From positions 6,386,001 through 6,450,000 of the forward strand of contig OY986946.1 in the NCBI GenBank assembly GCA_963920595.1: DNA of 64,000 bases. The letters are read 5' to 3'. The DNA is from Eimeria praecox. Taxonomy: Eukaryota. The notes beneath the pieces are model-generated. The model had not been told where the DNA came from, did not search any database, and saw nothing but the letters and a program-made list of their open reading frames with translations. Positions 57,001 to 64,000 of this stretch are shown here, piece by piece; position 1 is the stretch's first letter, and each line of letters begins with the position of its first letter. Made by a program: the position numbers and the translations under genes.

Positions 57001-57880
57001 CTCATGCAACCCAGCATGCACGCTTCCTCATTTGCCTTTGTGCACGAGACTAGCAACAGCCCGAGCTGCCACTCATAGTTGGCTATAACTGTATACAAGC
57101 CAACAGTGAGATAATGTTGAACCCCAGCACTGTGCGATAGAGACTCCTTGCATTCAACGTTATACAACACTAGCAGTGTGCCAACTAGTTGCAGCAAGGC
57201 GCATTGCAGGTCATGAGAGCCCGGCTCTCCTCACCAGTGCCAGTGCCGTGGATAGTTGCTGCAAGGCGATCTGGAGGCTGGTCGGGGTGCTACCGGTTCT
57301 TAAGTCGTTCATCCTATTGCAGCTCGCCACCGTTTTCAGCTACGACTGACGACCCTCGCTATAATGGCAGAAGCAAAGAATGCACCTGATGGACAGCGTA
57401 CACTCAACGACCCACGTGTTAGCTTGAGAACTTTGCTGCATATTGAACAGAATATTGAGCTGCCACAAGATTAACTCTGCCCCTACAGCGATGGGGCTTC
57501 AGCTCCTCTTTCCATCATCAGGGGCTCCCTCAGTCACAAACACACTCAGAGGACAGGCCAGATCACTTTTTCCTTCCCTTCCTATGGACATTGCTTCTCG
57601 AAGGAAGCTGGTTGGCCTTATACGACAGGGGGACAGCTTATAAAGCCGTGCTGGGGACTCCAACCTCATGCAACCCAGCATGTACGCTTCCTCATTTGCC
57701 TTTGTACACGAGACTAACGACAGCCCCCGCTGCCACTCATTGTTGGCTATAACTGTATACAAGCCAACAGTGAGATAATGCTGAACCCCAGCACTGTGCG
57801 ATAGAGACTCCTTGCATTCAATGCTAGACAGCACTAGCAGTGTGCCAACGCCTTACTTAGTCGATAAATTTTAAGGACTC
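54040..57880 (+). mobile_element. Degenerate Ty3/gypsy (chromovirus-like) pol relic, RT - RNase H - integrase - possible chromodomain
   Basis: Collinear remnants: AAPVL (about 54052), AFLSEL...LLADAPL and DVKKAL (54500-54620), AASVLRIG (about 54985), SLLQHLLKEKNP, LVADGLRRI (55360-55388), LHAGLVHHG, PWSQ, GLPRK...DALTK, LSITHWQT, VNT...LQRYI, FSHN, Y.L...QPSMHAS (twice), YLVDK (about 57855). Matched by eye only. Confidence 0.65.
56930..57849 (+). repeat. 256-bp direct repeat, copies at 56930-57185 and 57594-57849
   Basis: Ungapped manual alignment at offset 664 with about 17 substitutions (about 93% identity). Confidence 0.95.
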
Positions 57881-58656
57881 ATTGTTATCTTCCCCCGCTG
57901 GATGCATTTTTCTTGAGCTTTGAAAGAAGGGTTAAATCACATTTACATGAACTGGGATTACGGACAAAACTGCAAGTTGCTGCTGGGCGCTCTGAGCAAA
58001 GTACCATTCAGGCAGTGGGAGCGGCCGCTGCTTACTGGAAGTGTCTGTGCAACACAGGTTGATAGTTGGAATGTACCTAAATGCGTAAATTATCCTGGAT
58101 TTCTGAATAGTTGCACGAGGAATAAAGTTGTATTTCATTACGTTGGGGCAGCCCGAGTGCAGCATGCAACCGTATGTCCCCTAGTTCGCTTGTCTGCCGC
58201 CTCCAAGGAAGGGTCTTCCACTGCACCAAAAAGTGCATACTTGCCCCAGCTCTAGTTCCTCTTACTCAATATGAACTAGAATCCAGATCTCGGCGCTCAA
58301 TTCTTATCACATTGGGGGGGGGCGCATCGGAATTCGCCGGGCTCATCAGTGACGGTTCCCATCGAACGCCATGCAGCAGAGCAGCGTCAAAAATTGCTGC
58401 AGAAACTACAAATCCGCCAAGCGAATGCTGGTTGCATGTTCAGACATCAATCTCCTAGCTGGGTGACTGCCGCTGAGCTTGGCCGGCGGCGCGAAGTGCC
58501 TGATCAACGATACACAGCGCATACATTGAAGCTGCACTCGGGAGGAAGCAAACAGCAGCTCATACAGAGGTGGCGAAGAACAGGGCTTCTTTTACGCAGT
58601 GTACCTCCAGCGACGCGCCTCAGCCACAGCGAAGGGAACCCACAGAGCCTACCACC

Positions 58657-59059
58657 ATGCCAGCTGCAGACCCACCAGAGACAGCAGCAGCCGAAACGAA
58701 AAGTCCTGCTCTTTCTCATAGCAAGCTTGAAGCTGGCAGCTTGAGTCCAGATCGGGCAATCTTCTTGCCTTCAGACCGCACCTCTGGTAAGGTGTCGCCA
58801 GACATTCTGGCAAATCTCCAAGGCACCTGCAGCAACGCCCTGTCACCACCGTTGCCTAATGAAGACCTCTGTGGCCTGGTTATACCCAATGAAGAGGCAC
58901 GCCGAAACGGACGAGAACGGAGCATTGGAGGTGTGCAGCCAGTAGTGCTGTGTTGCAAAGACATTTCTTGTAAGCCTAGCGAAAGCCTATTCCCACGCCC
59001 TTGCCGCACAGACACGCGGACGCACACACAGATACACACAGGCACAGACAGACAGACAG

Positions 59060-59090
<31 letters not shown>

Positions 59091-59200
59091 CACAGACACA
59101 AACGCACACATATACACATACGCACCCACCCACCCACACCCACACGTACACCCACACCCAAACCCACCCACTCACCCACCCACCCACCCACCCACGCACC

Positions 59201-59254
<54 letters not shown>

Positions 59255-59258
59255 CACA

Positions 59259-59309
<51 letters not shown>

Positions 59310-62300
59310 CCCCGGAAGCGAGGGCTTGGAACCTTTCCCTCCCGTCGAATAGGTCTTCGTTTTAGGGCTTCACGCGTATCGGAGGTTGCTGCGCATGCAC
59401 TGCAGACTCAGTCGCTCTTCCGCCGGACGGCACTTGCCTCTCCAGATCATGCCAGAAGCTGTGCACTTGTCGAAAAGGAACTGGTAGCAAGCTAAACGTG
59501 GAGACTGACGATCGACGGAAACCCAGGAAAGATATTTTGTGCCTTGACGGCCTGGAGCTAGTATTTAAACCGGGAGACTGCGGTATGCTTCAGATCCTTT
59601 TCGTCATTCCCCCTCTACGCAGGGCTGCAATAATCACCTGCACTGCACAAGACAAGAGGAGTGCGGTCAGAACGGCAGCCTGACACGAGATGGATCTCCT
59701 TTTCGTGGCCCTGTGTGTGCAGTTGCCTTGATGGGCAGCAGCGGCGCCGGCAAATCAACACTTCTGAATTGCTTGAGTGGGAGGGTTTCGACCGGCCTGC
59801 GGGGGGAAGTGGAAATGAATGGCATGCCATGCACGCCTCAGCTTTGCAAAGAACTAAGCTGTTTTATTCAGCAGGAAGACCTGATATTTGGATATCTCAC
59901 AGTGGAGGAGCATTTGTTCTTTCAGGTGCTTGCTTAACAGAACACGCTTCTGGGTGTATTATGGATGCATGCCATAGCCCACCAGCAGGTTTCCCTCCCC
60001 TTTCCTCCGTGGTGCCGATTTCTGCTTAGATCGTGAAGCCTTCACTGCTGGAACCGCAGCTGCCTTTGACGCCGGGCACCCGACGTTTTTGTTATCTGGC
60101 GACGTCTGTTGCTGAGTGCGTCCTTTTGTAGGCGTGCCTCCGTCTGCCTAAAGGAACAACAATGAGCGAAGCGAAACGCACTACGGCGTGCTTGTTGGAG
60201 TGCTTTGGTTTAGAACATATATCAAAGTCATTTATTGGGAGTCCGCATGAAGCTGCCCGAGGGTAAGCAGCTGCTTTTTGTCATTCCTCGCTCCACGAGG
60301 CACACAGCCCCCCTAAAACACACTAAGCATTTCACAGATCGAGCACGTTGGCGCATTGCTAGCGTGGCTAGCTCGCAGCTGCCTGCTTTTATGTGATTGT
60401 AATGACAGGTCGATTTCCGGAGGGGAGAAGAAACGGTTGTGCATAGCCAGCGAGCTCTTGAGCAACCCATCTGTTATTTTCGCCGACGAGCCCACGAGTG
60501 GTTTGGACTCATTCATGGCCAAAGCCGTCTGCGACCAGCTGGCGACTCTCGCTGCAGCTGGTTGCACTGTCGTGTGTACTATCCACCAACCTAGCAGTTC
60601 GTGCTTCTCTTTGTTTAACAAGGTTCGTCGAACTAGCCGCCAGCTGCACCGTCAGATCCTCTTTGTCTGGTGGCATCATTCTTCGCCTCCATGCGGCATT
60701 ATAAGTTTGTCGCTGCTGCGGATTGCGTAACTCAGGTGCTCCTACTAGGAGAAGGGCGAGTATTATACTACGGAGATCGCTTGGCTGCGGTCTCCTGGCT
60801 GGAACACCTGGGTTGCAAACCTTGCGGGGTCGATGCAAACATTGCCGATTTCATCCTTAAGGCCGCAGCTCTTCATCATCTCGACGCACAGTCTAAGGCT
60901 GCTCGTTTACAAGAATGGGCTGACGCCTGGAGACTTGAGGGCCAAGCATTCCTTAGAAATTGGGTGGGTTTGTTTAAAGGTGCTGCATTGCATTCATCAC
61001 TTCTCTCATGAGCGGGGTAGCAGCTGCCAGTGCTGCCAAATCATTGTGCGACACACAGTTTTTTATGGTTTAAGTTCGTCTCAAACCAGCGCAGTGCTAC
61101 TGTTCGCGGCGTGTGGAGTGCATACCGGATTGCATCGCGGCTGTGGCCTGGTTGCAAGTGGGTACATCTTGGAGACTCCTTGAGTTGTAGCTGTTTTGTT
61201 TCGTGGTGACAGGAAGAACAAGGAAGAGATAACTTTAAGCAACGGAGCTGCACGTTCTCTTCCATACTTGAGCCCCTGGTAAGTGGTGATACAGGAAGTA
61301 TTGAACACTGCCGCCTTGGGACACTTCGTAAAGAAGACGGGCTTCAATTGCCGTCAGGTGTAGCCGGATCTCGTTGAGCGTCGTGGAGCTCTACACCCTC
61401 TGCACTCTACTATCCCTGTTTTGTTCGAGAAAAGTGCTAAATTGTCCCACAAGCCCCTAAAGCGAGATTGTTTCCGGAGAATAGGCATCCATTTTACACG
61501 GCGCTTGCTGCTTTGCTCTTCAGGGCCCTGCACATATTCAAGGACTTGAGGATTGCAACAGAACAAAATTGTAAGCTTATAGTGGCGCTAGGCGGTGCCT
61601 TGGCTGTCAGCCGCATGCTGTCAAGACGCACAAGATCCACACCAGTTATTCTCCTGCAGCCCAACGGATGCCAAAAGGAAGTGTCCATAGAACACTGGGG
61701 TGAAAGCGCCCCATGCACCAAGTAGAACACGAGGGCGTCAAAGCTCATCTATCGGAGAGATTAGCAGTTGCATCAGTTGACTGCGCTGGGCATTTGCAGG
61801 AGCCCACGCGAATCGGAATCGGAATGCCTCCGACCGAGAGACGCTTCCGGCCGGGATGGCGCCATCGGGCAAGGTGGGAGGCCTAACAGTGCCACTGCGA
61901 CTCAGCGCGATGTGGTTCACGCCCTTACGTCGGTAGGCCGTGCAAGAAGCGCGCGCAAGAGCGAACGGATTTCACCGTTCACTGAGGCCGTGATCCTGAC
62001 AAAGCGAGGGTTGTTATTGCGGTGGAGGGACCCATCTACCTCGTATGCTCGCTTAGCTGTCACTTTGATAACAGCACTTTTGCCGTCGTTTATATATTTC
62101 CAGTAAGCCATACAGAGATGCGGCAGTATCTGTGGGCTATCCAGTTCTGAATTGCTTTTTCACTCCTCCGCAATGCACACCAAGAGCTATGGTGCCTTCA
62201 AGTTGGAAACCGAAATTGTTCATCCTAAGCAGACTGTCCTCACTTTTCAGGATGGGATGGAGCCTGGGGGACGCCTGGAATCGCGTGTCGGCTTGCTACC

Positions 62301-64000
62301 AGATAGTCTTGACTCAGGTGCGTCAGTGCTTCTTCCTTTTGCACACAAGAGGCCATGCTTACGTTTCATTCGTTGATGCCGACTGTTCGGTTTTTTGTTC
62401 AGTCCCTTGCCTGCATCTTTGCTGTTGCGAACCTTTTCCCCCAAGCCCGACCTGTGGCACAAAGGGAATATGAATCAGGTATGGATATGGTGATCGGGCT
62501 GGTGCCTCCTACAGATACGCTTATGACTTTGATGCAGCGATCTTGCTTTGACATCACTGATCTGTAGCACCTTGTCTTCCCGGCAGCTGAGTACCTGCTG
62601 AAGGAGGGGGGAAATTGCTGGTGCTCCAGGTACTTAGTCCTTCCCCGGGACAGAGGTGCATGCGTTGCATGTGCAGGTGTCTTGCGCATGTGGGTATATT
62701 TTATCGGGATTTCAACGGCTGACACATTATTATTTCTGGTTTTCCCCATCATTTTCCACATGTAAGGTTGGCCAGCTGTAGCAGTTGATCATGCAGCCTC
62801 ACACTGCGTTGTGGCTCTTCGGGGGAAGATACGTGAATTTGTGCGTGCTTCTGTGCGCGCATTTCTCCTTGCCATTGGCATCAGGATCACCTTCTGGATA
62901 ATGGGTTTGGCAGCAACAGCAACGAAGTTTTTCGCTTCTTTGGGCATATTGCTACTTTCGGTTTTATCTCTCCAATCATATGGCTACTTCATATCGGCCA
63001 TTGTGACAGATGTAAGCATGCCTGATGCTCTCCTCGCAAAGAAGCAGACTGGCATGACATGTCCAGAAATGCATGACACGACAAACTGTAGCTTGCTGCT
63101 ACTGATTGTTGGTTGCCAACTTCGAAGAAACTTGCTGAAGTTACCACAACATATGTACCTCTTCATCCGTGACCAGCGAAGTGCAGAGCTGCCTTTTGCT
63201 AAGGGCCACCTTGTGTAGAACTCCTACAAATCAGCTGCTTGCTTCCTAAAGTCTTTGATGCTATGGCCCCCTATATATTCTGCCTTTTCTTTCTCTGTGC
63301 AATGGGCTGTACATTTGAAGGAGGTCGTCGCACTTGCCGTGACGCAAGTGGCCCAAGTTGTCCTAGCCTTGTTTTCTGGATTCATGACTCAAATCGACCA
63401 GTTGAGCCCCTTCTTTAAGGGCCTTGCGGTAGGCAAACACACTTTCCTTACCTTAGTCTCTCACCTTACTTGCATACTGCTTCATTCCGGTATAACGTGA
63501 TTCGGCTGCGTGTATTTGTGTCCCACTGCAGGCCTTATCCCCGTTTAAGTATGCACTATCGGCATTTAGCTTGGTAATTTTTGACAACGAGTACTTTATT
63601 GGTGAAGGAGGAGAGCGAGTGTCTGGGGATGACGTAAGTCCCAAGAAGGCTGACAACTTCAGAAGCCTCTAGATGGGGAGCGCGCACGCTTGAGTAGGGA
63701 CAAGCGCATCAACTTTTCTTGTTGCCTGTGCGCTGTGCGTCATCGCAGTTCCTCAAGGGGACGTTTGGTATTAGAAGGGAAACATTTGCTTCAGATTTAG
63801 GGGCCCTTGTTGCGTTGACCATTTTGTAAGTGTAGTTGGGCATACTAAACGTGAATAGTTAATGAGGGTGACTCGCAATCCACGCAGTGGCTCGCTACAA
63901 TCTCAATAGGCGAAACGTGCCTTGCTCATGGCTTCGTTCAGGCCTCGCCTCTTAGCCTTGGCGGTTATGGAGTTTCAAGCACGACGAACGAAGGAAAACG
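58657..64000 (+). CDS. ABCG (White/BCRP-type) half transporter, NBD then TMD; stop codon lies beyond the window
   Basis: Exons include 58657-58969, 59406-59582, 59723-59925, 60132-60262, 60409-60622, 60736-60963, further TMD exons, 63749-63825 and 63942-end. Motifs KDISYSV, Walker [16 protein letters not shown], signature ISGGEKKR, Walker [45 protein letters not shown]. Start codon is tentative. Confidence 0.93.
59022..59307. repeat. (CA)n/(CCCA)n compound microsatellite in the first ABCG intron
   Basis: Direct reading. Confidence 0.92.

Noticed and set aside
56930..57849. Direct repeats as paired LTRs or a CRISPR-like array
   Set aside because: Only two long copies in a eukaryotic context; no PBS, PPT or TSD recognised; the repeat translates to an integrase C-terminal motif. 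The TRIM alternative is not fully excluded.
63790..63830. Apparent premature stop or frameshift in the penultimate ABCG exon
   Set aside because: Recounting the G run gives an intact frame, [11 protein letters not shown], up to the GTAAGT donor.

Overview
Eukaryotic, intron-rich apicomplexan DNA with the hallmarks of an Eimeria-type coccidian: CAG-derived homopolymeric amino-acid runs, interstitial TTTAGGG/CCCTAAA arrays, (AGCT)n and TGCATGCA motifs. The species cannot be fixed from sequence alone. The window has two compartments. About 1-36.5 kb is repeat-rich with AT-rich introns and holds the 3' part of a cathepsin C/DPAP gene, a SAP30BP/HCNGP-like gene, a large PPR gene, a secreted acid-phosphatase/coiled-coil gene resembling GRA44/IMC2A/UIS2, and a RAP-domain gene. 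About 37-64 kb is repeat-poor with more balanced GC and holds CCT8, an HVA22/TB2/DP1 gene, SURF1 and an ABCG half-transporter that runs off the right edge. The apparently empty intergenic DNA of the second compartment appears to hide three heavily decayed LTR-retrotransposon relics, visible only by reading across stops and frameshifts. Two are Ty3/gypsy chromovirus-like (about 46.0-49.1 kb minus; about 54.0-57.9 kb plus, with a duplicated integrase C-terminus). One, at the compartment boundary, has Ty1/copia motifs and copia domain order (IN-RT-RH, about 37.3-39.6 kb). All gene models and motif matches were made by eye and need HMM and RNA-seq confirmation.
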